A stretch of DNA of 64,000 bases from assembly GCA_021613535.1 (NCBI GenBank), contig CP075497.1, positions 8,122,001 through 8,186,000 of the forward strand, read 5' to 3'. How positions within the stretch are numbered: the stretch's first letter is position 1; every line of letters starts with the position of its first letter. Below, one piece after another: positions 1 to 15,700 of the stretch. This stretch comes from Adineta vaga (taxonomy: Eukaryota > Animalia > Rotifera). The notes below the pieces were generated by a model. It did not search any database. It was not told the origin of the DNA and saw only the letters and a program-made list of their open reading frames with translations. Both the position numbers and the translations under genes were made by a program.

Positions 1-1649
1 GCAATGAACGGTCAGCTTTAAGAAGAGAAAAAGATATCCGGTCATTTTCGATGCTTATATATATATATGTATATGAACGAGCTAAATTCAAATCGAGGGT
101 TCCAAGATATAAAGAATGAGAAGGAAGTGAATATCGACATACAAATGAAACTTGTGTTCATGTTTTTGACTGAATAGCATGGAGCTGTTTCCATTATTTG
201 CATTAGTCTTATATAGATTCCTGAAGGGATAAATGAGACTTTAGCAGAGCATATTTTCTTTCAATGGATTATTACGCTTGGAAAAGACCTTCTGAGAACA
301 TGTGTTTGACAATAATTTTGCCAAAAAAAAACAACATTGAATCATGTTCATATTCAACAAATGTATCAAGTCACGCATTCATGTAAAACAGTTGATGAAA
401 CTTTGATAAATGTCTTTCTAATTGTGACATTTCCATATTATCTGGATATGAAAATCATCAATATAAATGATCTGATAAGATCTATTAGCTATCTGTCATA
501 TTATATTAATAATTACACTAATGAAAACTTTTTGACATATAAATTACTTTTATTAAAAAGTTTTATAAACTTGAAACACGAAGAAATGTCTTCAATTCTT
601 CCGCATCACTATAAAATCATATATAACAAAAATAACGCAAGCCTTTTAATGCCAACATCTTGTCAAATGAGGAATGAAAGTTTACATGCAATAACTAATC
701 AAATTGGATGCAAATTTTTTCTTCTTCTTATAGTACACAACAAGAGTAGATTGGTATCATTTTTTTGCAGGTTATAAAAGTAAGTACATATTTGTATTAA
801 TGAATGAAAAAAACTTTCCTTTCTGCTGTGTAGAAAACGTCTCTTGCACTCGAAGCATTTTGTTTTTGTTTAATATACCTGCTTAAACTTGTTTTTAACA
901 TAACCAATAGAGAGAAATAAAGAACATTTGCACAAAAAAGGTATACCTACCTACTTTAAGCGGATCGATTTCGTCATGATAAACATTCACCTTTCTAATA
1001 TCGATACAAATAATCAAAATGATATTCAGTCATTTTACTTTCACAATAGTTTAGCTAGCAATGCATATTTCGATGGCTATATTCACTAATAATAAAACTA
1101 TAGAATACCACTTTCTCATCAAATTTTCTCATGTAAAAATCTTTTGCATATGATTAACTAAAAACTGTTTTTTTCTCTCTCTATATCCTGTTGGGTACAT
1201 GTTTTGATTAATATGACCCCTTTTTTTTCTCTTTTCTTTATATTAGCAACGCCAATATAGAGTTATTTTCGTCGCAGATGTGTTTTTTTCTTCTCCTTTT
1301 TTTCTGACTAAAGGATAGAAGTTTTTTCTTCGCAACAACAATTCTTGCTCTGTTTCTGACGTCTCGTCTTCTAAACGTTAGACAGAACGACAAATGTGTG
1401 TTGGTATAGTGTTCTAACTGGAAGAAATAGAATATTAGGGTTTTTTCTCCTCTCTTTTTTGCCGAGCTCGAAACGTTCGAACGAAGACAAAAACATAAGC
1501 GTGTTTCTTACATTGAGAGAAGAATTACGCATGTTCTTTCTTCTGTTTATTTTTAGTATTTTGTTTTACTATTACGATTGCTGTTGTTGTTGTTGTTGTT
1601 TTAGATCGCGGTGGATTGTTATTGAAAACTTTGTCAACATAGAAAAGCT

Positions 1650-5291
<3,642 letters not shown>

Positions 5292-6255
5292 TCAATCATA
5301 GTCCTTTACTTTACCATTTAGTCGATAGTTCAAATTATCAAATAGAAATCCCCTGTCAGTTTGCATTATTTCATACAATTTATTTTATCACATCTCAATC
5401 TCATAAAGAAATAAACATATTATTATTAAGAATAAAACTTCAATTTAGTATTACATCAAAAATATTTGAATTCACTAACAATACAAAGAATCGTATATCC
5501 ATTGAATTGATCACAATTGTTTTTCAAATAGTTTTCTTTTTTCCAATCGATAGAACAAGATCAGAACGAGATAGTATGCTGAGTTAAACTATCATAAATC
5601 TCTACTACATTGATTATTTCGATTGATAAAGAAAAATTTGGAGATCATTTTCATATTTGATGTATTTTTTTATATGAGAAACTCTATTATTTGATGATTT
5701 ATGAAATAATGTGTCACTATATCGATGAATGAATACTGCCCTGTTAGAATAGGTTACAAATACGTGTCAAATGAGTTTTGAACGATTTTTCTCTCTGATA
5801 TATCATTGTTTCATCATATAATATGATATCTACACGTATGCTCGTAGTCATGTCATCGTTCATATTGAATGAGATATATGTATGTATGTATGTATCGATC
5901 GTTGATTTTCATTCTCTATAATATGTTATATATTCAACATTCTTCGTAAGAATGTTTTGGTAAAGAGAGACATCTAGAGAACCGTTGATTTAATACGACA
6001 ATATTCTTACTCGTTACTTACAGTTCTTTGTTTATAGTGAATGGATGAAAAACGACGATCACGATTCACGAAGGTAGACAACATGTACGTAAAATACACA
6101 CCCACCATCAACCAGTTAATCTATAGAGTCATATAAGTATGGTTAAATTGCTCTTTTTTTCTCAATCTTTGCGTAATTATTTGATGAGTCATTTTCTACA
6201 TCTTTCTTTTCTTTTCAACTTTTAGATCACTAAAATCTTCCTATTTTAATCAATA

Positions 6256-8228
6256 ATGCCCGCTTCCGGTAAGTGAAATTATTTCTTCTTCCTATTCAAA
6301 TGATACCTGAACATTCTAGTTCGAACTAAAGCTGGTCGATCATCACCAAAAACCAAACAAACATCAACAAACAAATCGAAAAAACGTACATTTGAAGAAG
6401 ATAGTGATCATCATGATGGTTTGCATCATTCAAATTAGTTCTTTTTCGATTGATAAATTTCTTCTCTGAATAGAATTACATAATGGTGATAATCATCCAC
6501 AAAAACGAACAAAGCCAGCACCTGAAGTTGTTCATATAACAAGTATATTTCTTGTTAATTATTCTCCATTATTATTCTTTTGATTTTCATAGATGGTCAT
6601 TCAACAAAGGTTAAACCTCGTGGAAAAACACCGTCAGCATCATCAGTAGTTAATGTATCTTTTCCATCATTTTCACTTTCAACAGCTGGTCAAGTCTTAG
6701 CTGTTGGTGATAATGGTATGGCACAATTAGGTTTAAAAAGTGCGATTAGTGAACGACAAAATCCTCAGCCAATTCCATTACCTGAACTTGTCATACAGAT
6801 CGCCTCTGGTCCACTACATTCGGTTTGTTTAACAGGAAAAAATCAAATATTTACATTTGGTTGTAATGATGAACATGCATTGGGTAGAGTAGATGTTAAT
6901 GATGAAGATGACGATGAAGCACCTCAATTTGGATTAGTTGATATGAGTGGAGTAATAGATGTTAATCAAGAGAAAATTGTTCAAGTAGTGGCAGGTGATA
7001 GTCATACATTGGTATTATCGGATGCAGGAAAAGTTTATGGTAAAAAGAAAAACTTCTTCTGTTTTCTGAAGATCACGTTTTTTGTTTACATATAAATAGG
7101 TTGGGGTACATTTCGTTCGAGTACAACAGGTGTTTATGGTCTTGTACAAAAAGGTGTAATGGCAAAAAGTCCAGTTGAAATCATTTTACCGGAAAGAATT
7201 GTTAAATTAGCAAGTGGATATGATTTTGTTTTGTTTCTAAGTGAAACTGGACATGTTTATTCGTGTGGTAATGGTGAAACAGGTCAACTTGCACGATTAA
7301 ATCGTTATGCAGTTGAAGATGGTCTACGTGGTGGCATTGGTAAAGAAATTCGAATGAAAATATTTTGTTCTATTCTTATTTTTTGTTCCTCTTCTTCAGA
7401 TCGATTGATCAGACCTGCACCGATCATTTATAATCGAATTGGAATTAAAGCAAAAAATTTATTATTTGATGATATTTTTACGGGTTCACATCATTTCTTC
7501 CTCAAAGTACATGGTCATGATTGGATATTAGGTGGTGGACTAAATAATTTCAATCAACTTGGTAAGTAAATACATACTTGTTTCTTTATGATCAAAGAGA
7601 ACTCAATAGGGCTTCTCCTCTTCGCTAAAAGAAAGTCATCCATCTTTCATTACGCATACATTAGGATCAAAAGAGTTCTCTCTATACGAAAATTGAAATA
7701 ATAAATCTTCTTTTTAGGTTTACCAGTGGATGAACCAGTTTATTTTCCGACATTGATTCCGTCACTTGAAGGTAAAAAATGGGTAAAATTTTCCGGTGGA
7801 TTACATCATACAATCGGTTTAACCGCGAATGGTAATATCGATTATATTCATACGATTTGATTTGATTTGATTTTGTTTTCTTCTTAAATCTAGGTGAAGT
7901 CTATGCAATGGGCCGACATCATGAAGGTCAATTAGGTATTGATCAATTGACAACACATTTAACACAACCAACATTGATTCCAAATTTATCGAATATTGTT
8001 GATATATCTTGTGGAAATCACGTTTCATTTGTTATTGATCGATCTGGTAAAGTATTTTCCTTCGGAGCTGGTACATCGTTACAACATGGTCATGGTCAAC
8101 AAGATATTAAAATTCCGCGAATGATGTCATCAAAATTTATCGACATTAAAATGGTTCTTAATATAGCTGTTGGCGCTCAACATACATTATTTCTGACGCA
8201 TGATAATCCCAAGAAAGATGAAAATTAG
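6256..8228 (+). CDS. RCC1: Regulator of chromosome condensation RCC1 (beta-propeller repeats, basic N-terminal tail)
   Basis: ATG at 6256 (MPAS, then GT donor); K/R-rich N-terminal exons; RCC1 repeats VGDNGMAQLG, FGCNDEHALGR, VAGDSHT..YGWGTFR, GNGETGQLAR, GLNNFNQLG, AVGAQHT. Confidence 0.9.
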
Positions 8229-9347
8229 TTTAAAAAAAAAGATTATTCTTTGTTATTGTTGTTTGCTTTTTTATGTCACGAATTTTCCCTCTTTTTTTGC
8301 TACTATGTGGAATTTTTTTTCCTTATGAATTTTTTTGTCATTTGCTAAACATAAATAAAAAAAAAGAAAGATGAATTGAAATGAAGATAAATATATGCAT
8401 TCATGTCGAATGTTTGTTTATTTTTTTGTGAATTAAATAAAAGAAAATAGATGAATTTCATTGAATTGTATGGATCTCTCAACGAATTCGATAGCTCAAG
8501 GCTTATGAATAAAAGCGTTTTGTTCATTCTTTTTTCTTTCATATACAATTATTCGTTAACTTTGATCATGATTTATCATATATCGACGTAAACCTTCAGT
8601 TTACTGTCAAGTACTAGGCTTTTGTTCTTTGAAATGTATGAGTATACTTATGATGTATGACATGATTTGTATTTCGATAGTTGAATGATGGGTCATATTT
8701 ACAAATTCTTGAAAAAAAGCTTTGTAACTTTCAAATGAGTCATTATAATCAAATGTTCACGATGACCTGAAAGAACCATATAAAAATAACATTCATGTTT
8801 AGAGAAGTGATTAGGTCAATGAAGTTATTCATAAAGTTATTTTTGAAATTTTGTATAAATTGTTCGGATAGTTCATCTTGAATATTCAGCATTATCAAAT
8901 AGGAAACAACAACAAAAAAAAAGTGAAAAAAGAAGGAAAAAAAGAAACATCCATCGTTGTAACTGTGTCTATTTGAATGCGAGTTTGTATTATAAAAAAA
9001 AGGAGAAGAGAAGACAAAAGAAAAGAAACGAGAGATACACAGTTTATGTCGCAACAAAAGGAAAAGAAAGTGATGTTCACTTGTCAATAGACGATATTCT
9101 ATCTACATAAATAGTTAATTTACCATTCTTCTCTCCAAAGGTATATATATATATGCATGTATATATTTATAAGAAACAATAAAGGAAAATAGCAAACAAA
9201 AATACGAGTAAATCTCTCTGACAATGATGGTAAAATTGTAAACAAAATATTCAAAGAAGAGAATGAATGGTTTCATGATTTTTTTTTCAATTGACAACAC
9301 ACACACTCGGTTTCGACTAGCACAACAATAGATGATCTTTTATTCAG

Positions 9348-10510
9348 TTAAAATGTGTCTAGAGAATTATCATCGATCATTCCATTTGATGATGAAGAAG
9401 GATCTGATGGTTGATGATTGATATTATTCGTTCGAGAGTATTCCTTTAGAAAAAAAACGAAAAGAACTGTATCGTAACATGTTTTTCTTTCATATCAAAC
9501 TTACTGTAACAGGTACAAGTGGATAATTCGTCCAAGCAGGTACATTATTAGCATCTGGTTGGGGCCCTAAAAAAACTAACAGGATTATTTTGGATTTTTT
9601 AATGATATACGTTACATCTCGTTGATTGAAATGGATTTGTTGGAGATGTTTGATACATTAAATTATTTGGTGATTGAACACCCATTTCACTGGACATTTG
9701 ATGTGAATGATTTACATTCATACCTAGAGAATGACATTGTTCAAGTTGTTGCGTTATTCCCATCAGTCCACCTTCTTCAACAGAGGCAATTAACCAAATT
9801 GGATCTAAAACAATGAAATTAGTTATTATTCTAATTAAAACTATGCAATAGAAACTATTCTACCTCCAAAAGGTACACCAGCTGAAGTAAATAGACGCCA
9901 TTGTGATCTGATAATTTTGGACATCGTTGGACTGGTTATATCAACAGAAATATTTGCTTGTTCACCTGGTGCTAATGAGCCAACATAAGTCTCATCACGA
10001 TCTTGTAATCGATCACCATTTACAAATCGTAATGAACAATTATTTGGCCATGGTTCACTACCTAAACAAAAATGAATCTTGATGAAAAGAGTCAAATTAA
10101 ATATAATCAAATTACCAGAATTTTCTACACGCCATGTTTTAACAAATCTTGTATTTGGTGGAATGGCTTCACCTTCACCAACAGTTACATCCGCAAGAAA
10201 ACGCATTTGAGGAATTTTATCTGTTGGCATTTCCGCATCATAATAAGCAAGAATGGCTTCATTTAAATTCCTAAATAAATTACAATGTCATTTTTGTCAA
10301 TGTAGAATTTAATTTACCAACTTACCAATTACTCATTTCAAGAAAAAAAGCACAACCCTCATCTGTTAACATCGCATTTGTCGTTGAACGAAATTGTGCA
10401 ATTAAATCTTCTCGATTACTAGTGGTGATCGATCGTAATCGTTCCATTAAATCTTCATCTAGATTTGACATTCCAGGATTGGATGATATAGGTTCGGAAT
10501 CAACATCCAT
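9348..10510 (-). CDS. ILRUN: ILRUN/C6orf106-like protein (UBA-like + NBR1-FW domain)
   Basis: REDLIAQF..CAFFLEMSNW UBA-like region, then DVTVGEGEAIPPNTRFVKTWRVENSG..WP..SQWR..PFG..IW (NBR1 FW domain); last exon ends DNSLDTF-TAA. Confidence 0.9.
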
Positions 10511-10948
10511 AAGTCACAACACAATAAATGAAATTTTATAAAAAAAGAAAAACCAGCTAATTCGATCTAAAAACAAACATAAATATATCATAGTAAATAA
10601 CAATAATGACGTTACAAAATAGGAGACCTTTTTATGTGCATTGGTGAGAAAGGAAAGAAAAAGAAAAAGAAAAAACGAGAGAATAATCATAATTTACATA
10701 ACTGTCCTTGAATAATGAAAATGGACAGATCTATTTCTAATAAGATTTCTTCAAGTTCTAATACGATAGATTTATACTTTAGAATAAAAAGAAAATAACG
10801 ATTGATCATCTATGACTAAGAATGAAATTAAATGACGTCATTATTATTCTTTGATTGAATTAGAAAACAAACAGAACAGAAAAATATTTAAAAAATCCAG
10901 ATTATAAAAAGTAGGTGATATAGTCTTCGTAAATCGATCGTGTATTCA

Positions 10949-11265
10949 TTAGGAAATTAAAGCAGTCGATAAACTTGGCATAATTGAATATAAAATATTA
11001 TGAATATGAAATGGAATATAAATCAATGCCGAATATGTAATTAAGGAGATAATACAAAAGAATATACTCATCATTAAAACTCTTTCCCACGGTTCCATAA
11101 CGTAAATTGTTGTCATTAGTAAGAATTGCAGATAGAAATATTGAAATGGTTGATATAGAGATTCATACCATGAACTTCTATTGTTTTCTTGTTTTATCTA
11201 CGTATAATAGAAGATAAACGAAATCAAACATCCGAATAGATAATATTTGGATCGTTAATTACCAT
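10949..11265 (-). CDS. Serine palmitoyltransferase small subunit, paralog 2 (ATG-only first coding exon; absent from ORF track)
   Basis: ATG at 11263-11265, GT-AG intron 11198-11262, exon 2 IKQENNRSSWYESLYQPFQYFYLQFLLMTTIYVMEPWERVLMMSIFFCIISLITYSALIYIPFHIHNIL..-TAA carries the YLQ..T..Y.MEPWER..Y.P.H SPTSS signature. Confidence 0.85.
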
Positions 11266-12489
11266 AAAATTATTATTGTTTATTGAGAAGACATGTAAAT
11301 GCGGAAATCGACGTGTTGCTTCCATTCTTTCACAATTGTTAATATGTTCGACTTGTTAAGATGCAGGGTCGTCGTTTTACTTCAACTATGTATGTGAGTC
11401 GATTGTAGCAAAATAATATATATATATGCAAGAAGCTACCGTAGCAACGCATTTAACTCAGGAGAAATTGATTGTGTTAGTGAAACGAAAAAAATAGTAG
11501 AGAGAGACACACCGATCGTTAAAATAGAAGAATAAAAAAGTTTGAGATAAAAAAAGAAAAATAAAACGATTGAGCTTTCGTTGTAAAAGTACCCAACGAC
11601 AAAAAAAACAAACGAAATTTTATTCAGTAAGAGACAAAATCTTAGTTTGATTAGATTGTAATTTATAATCGGTGATTTAAGAAAGAAAAAGAGGGGAGGG
11701 AGAAGAAAAAAATCAATCATGCGCACACCATCATCCGTATGAGTACTACTCATTATACGATATAACAAGGATGAGAACAAAAAAGGATTCAAAACGGTAT
11801 ATATATGTATTAAACACAGACAGGTAGGACAATTTTTCTTCTGTCAAACATTTGAAATGATAGAAAGTTCGATCAAGTTGTGAATGGCATACTAGTGTAT
11901 TGAAGATACTTCATTTGACCTAGTTCTATGAAATTTTAGAGTTAAGATACAAAGAAAACGACAAAACCTCTTTAAAAATGACCTAAAAATTTCGTGTAGT
12001 TATTTGAAGAATGTTCTTATCGTCACTAAAAAACGTTTCTTTTCGAAAAGCCTCAAGTGTTTGAAAGAATACAGTTACATTTCGATAAACTGCGTCAGGG
12101 ACATCACATCTCGAAGTATAGTTACTATTTTTCCTTTATAATAGAGTTTATTAAAAAAGAACGATTCTATCCAAATATCTCTGTCACTATTTTCTATGCT
12201 ACTTTAAAAAAACTTCTCATACTTTTCTCGAATAATTTAGTTTGACTCATCGAAATAGAAATAGATCTTAAATGGTACTAAAAAAGGAATGTAGTTCTAT
12301 TTTTATCTTCTAAATAAACGATATGACAAAGTAATAGAATTTCCGATATTATTCTTTTTATTGTTACCTTAAATAGGTATTTAATCATAGATAAAGTAAC
12401 ATTGTATTGTTCCAAAGATTTCTCCTGAATCTGTTTGTAAAAAAACTGAAAACGAACAAAAATGTTTACGATAGATAGTTGTTTTTTGA

Positions 12490-12693
12490 TCATGAATAAA
12501 ATTGGATCATTGAGCGAACATGATGTGGTAGAAAAACTAATGCCGAATAGATAGCTGTGGATATAATAGCCACTAATAATGTAGAAAATAGTAAACGTTC
12601 CCATGGTTCAAGCATGTATAATGCTGTATTAAGAAGATACTGAAGATAAAGCCAGTGAATAAATTTGAAGAGACGACGAATGTATGATAGCAT
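12490..12693 (-). CDS. SPTSSA: Serine palmitoyltransferase small subunit (SPTSSA/B-like)
   Basis: 67 aa, WLYLQYLLNTALYMLEPWER..YSALVFLPHH matches the SPT small-subunit family motif. Confidence 0.9.
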   Translation of the reverse strand: MLSYIRRLFKFIHWLYLQYLLNTALYMLEPWERLLFSTLLVAIISTAIYSALVFLPHHVRSMIQFYS

Positions 12694-13093
12694 TTTTATA
12701 ACAGATCTTTCTTGTTTATTGTAATATATATTTGTCTAAAATATGAGAAAATCTAAGGCATATGTAATTTTGAGAATTTTGACTATTAGTATTTTGAAAT
12801 ATGTGAGAAGAACATGATCAGATGATCATTCATCGTCATTCGCAAAATAGACGACAAACAAAGTGCACAAACACATCAAATCAATACAAATAGATGACTC
12901 AGAATAATCGAATGAAATGAGTAGTCATTACCTCTATTAATACTTAAGAAAGAGAAATTTTTGAAAAGAAGGTAAAAGGTCGAGAAATAAAGATGGCAGA
13001 TCATCTGATGAGAAGAACACCAATAGAAATAACAGATAGAGTTTGACAAGACATATTATAGTGACCTCTAGAGGATACATTAAGTCAACTTAT

Positions 13094-13825
13094 TCAATTC
13101 GATTGACTTTTGTGTTTCGATCGTTTTCTTCTATGTTGTTTCTTTTTCTTTTTATTAGTGGCAATTGATGGCTTTTTCATGGATTTTGATGCTAAACTAT
13201 GATTTGATGCTCGATGTACAATAATTTTTGGTGATATTCCATGTGAATGTTTCTTCTCTAGTAATGAATCCATCACTGACGAAGAGTCCGTAGTGTTATT
13301 TCTATATGTTGAAATCGTATCAAAAGTCTTCTCTTCTGATTTATTTCTGTAAGAATCTGAATTTTGTAAACTATTCTCTTTATCTAAAACCAATGGATGT
13401 TGCGAATCAGCATGATTTGAACGAAGTTCATAGCGTACTTCTGCCATAGACTATGATAAAATATTCTGATCGTAAGTGCTCACTATTGTTCATATTTATT
13501 TCTTACTAATTTTTTCATATTATTTTTGTAATATTTTACTCCATATTTTATTGCTTCTTGTCGCAATATTTCAGGTAAAGATAAAGGCTATTATATATCG
13601 AGAGAAAATACTTTTGTTTTTCATACTTATATATATATATATATATATTACTTGTCTGTTGAAAACTTGTTCATAGGCTGCAAGAGATACTAAATCAAGT
13701 ACCGGTAAACGTTCTTCATATTCTGCTTGAATCTGATTAGAAATATTGACAAGTTCTTGACGAAGATATATATTTCGTACAGCAATCAATTGACCAGCAA
13801 CAATCTCGGGATTTGAACATAGCAT
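13094..13825 (-). CDS. Uncharacterised ~200 aa protein, helical N-terminus and basic C-terminal tail (3 exons)
   Basis: MLCSNPEIVAG..VFNRQ | PLSLPEILRQEAIKYGVKYYKNNMKKL | SMAEVRYEL..KKKKKQHRRKRSKHKSQSN; both introns GT-AG and in frame, joining the separate track ORFs. Confidence 0.65.
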
Positions 13826-13974
13826 CGAAAAATCAAAGAAAGTAGAAAAGTAACCGCTGAAATCAACGGAAAAGCGGGAAGTTTTATGAGACAAAAAATG
13901 TGAATGAAATCAATTGAGTTTATTGTGATACGATTTTGATTCAATGTGACAGAGAAGAAGAAAAAAAGTTTCTA

Positions 13975-15304
13975 TTAAAATTTATCAAATAAATTATATT
14001 CTTCAATCGTACATTGTGCTGCTTGAAAACGTTCATCTTTAAATAATTCAAAATTTTGTGTATCACCTGGATAATCAACTTTCGGCATGATTGGAGGCTA
14101 AATCATAGAAATTATTTCAACACTTTTCCCTCATCTTTCCATGCTCACTTTGATTCTTTGTTCCATAATATCTGTCCATGATACCCGCTTAAACCATCGA
14201 TGTCGTTTTATATCATTAACTCCACCAGCCATACATCCTAAACGGCGTGTTCGATCTCGTTCAAGAAGTTTTCTTATTAAATTTCGTCCTATTTGATCAA
14301 TAATTCTAAAATTGTTGACAATAATTAAGTTTATGAATTTTGAATTGAGATTATTTACTCGGAATGACATGGAGGTACACATGGCCATGGAATAGGTTCA
14401 TTTAAAATTTTGATAAATATATAAGACGGACAATTATGATGATCAGTTGCAGCAAATGGTGTATGTCCCACTAATAATTCATATATAACTATCCCTAAAG
14501 CATACCAATCGACACCAAATGAATGACCATGACATGAGAGGATCATTTCCGGAGCAAGATATTCCGGTGTACCACATAATGTGTACGTTCTACAAGAAAA
14601 ACACATTGTATGTTTATTTTATAGAAATAAATGTTTATATTTGAATTATAACCTGTCTGAAACATATTTTGCAAAACCAAAATCAGTTAATTTCACATGT
14701 CCATGAGCATCAAGTACTAAATTCTCCAACTTCAAATCTCTAACATTGAACAAAAATTCTCATTGATAACAAACAAAAGAAAAACACACCATGCTTGAAT
14801 TCTTCTATTACCTATAAACGATGAGAAGGTTATGCAAATATTCCAAGGCGAGTATAATTTCGCATGCATAAAATCGTACAAGAGAACTTTTCAGACGACC
14901 GGCTTGACGTAAGTAAGAGAAAAGTTCACCACCGGATAAAAATTCCATTGATAAATATAAATAACGAGTATCACGATATGAACCATAACTGAAAAATATT
15001 AATTAGTAATTCTTTTTCATGTGTTCACATTTGAAAACGTACAAACGAACAATAAATGGATGATGAATAGTTGTAAGAATTCTTCGTTCATCATTAACAT
15101 GATTAACTTGTTTCATTTGTACTATATCTCGAATAGCCATCGTTTTAACAACATAAAATTCTTCATAATTTTGAAAATATCGTCGAGTTAAAATAACTCG
15201 ACTGAATGTTCCTACACCTAATTACAAAACCATATTACTTTTTCATAAAAATTTATCTCTCATGAAATCATCGCCTTACCAATGGTTGTAATCAACTCTT
15301 CCAT
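13975..15304 (-). CDS. cAMP-dependent protein kinase catalytic-subunit-like AGC kinase (PRKX-like)
   Basis: [64 protein letters not shown]-terminal FDKF-stop (FxxF-COOH typical of the PKA/PRKX group). Confidence 0.88.
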
Positions 15305-15700
15305 CAACGATTTGTTGTTACTTGTACGGAAATCTTTTTACTGATATCTATATTATCAAACTAACAGGAAAATAGAAGAAAAACGACAGAGACCGAGAAA
15401 CAATCTTGTAGACTATCCGTCTGTCTATTTATCATTCTATGGCCTTGGGTAGAAATATGTCAGAATGACAAGTTAAGCACAAGCATTTACCATGTCCATA
15501 AACATACTTTTTTCGTGTTTTATTTTTCATGTTAATACTGAAAAGTTACACGCAAACGCCCACACACACACACACACATAGAAATTGAACAAACAAAATG
15601 AAAACAAAGACGAGTGATATCTATTGATGAGAAAGAAGAAGAAGAAAAACATTTGAGAGTCGCTTAGCGATTTAATTATATTAAAAATTTGGAATGATAT

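Noticed and set aside
337-777. 146 aa ORF upstream of glycogen phosphorylase
   Set aside because: TTG start, low-complexity AT-driven composition, no recognisable motif
10833-10840. Perfect CRE palindrome TGACGTCA upstream of ILRUN
   Set aside because: A single 8-mer is not unexpected in 64 kb, and it lies just downstream of the neighbouring SPTSS gene; unsupported without conservation data
13451-13506. Apparent dicistronic arrangement of two small ORFs about 35 nt apart
   Set aside because: A canonical GTAAGA..CATAG intron joins them in frame into one gene
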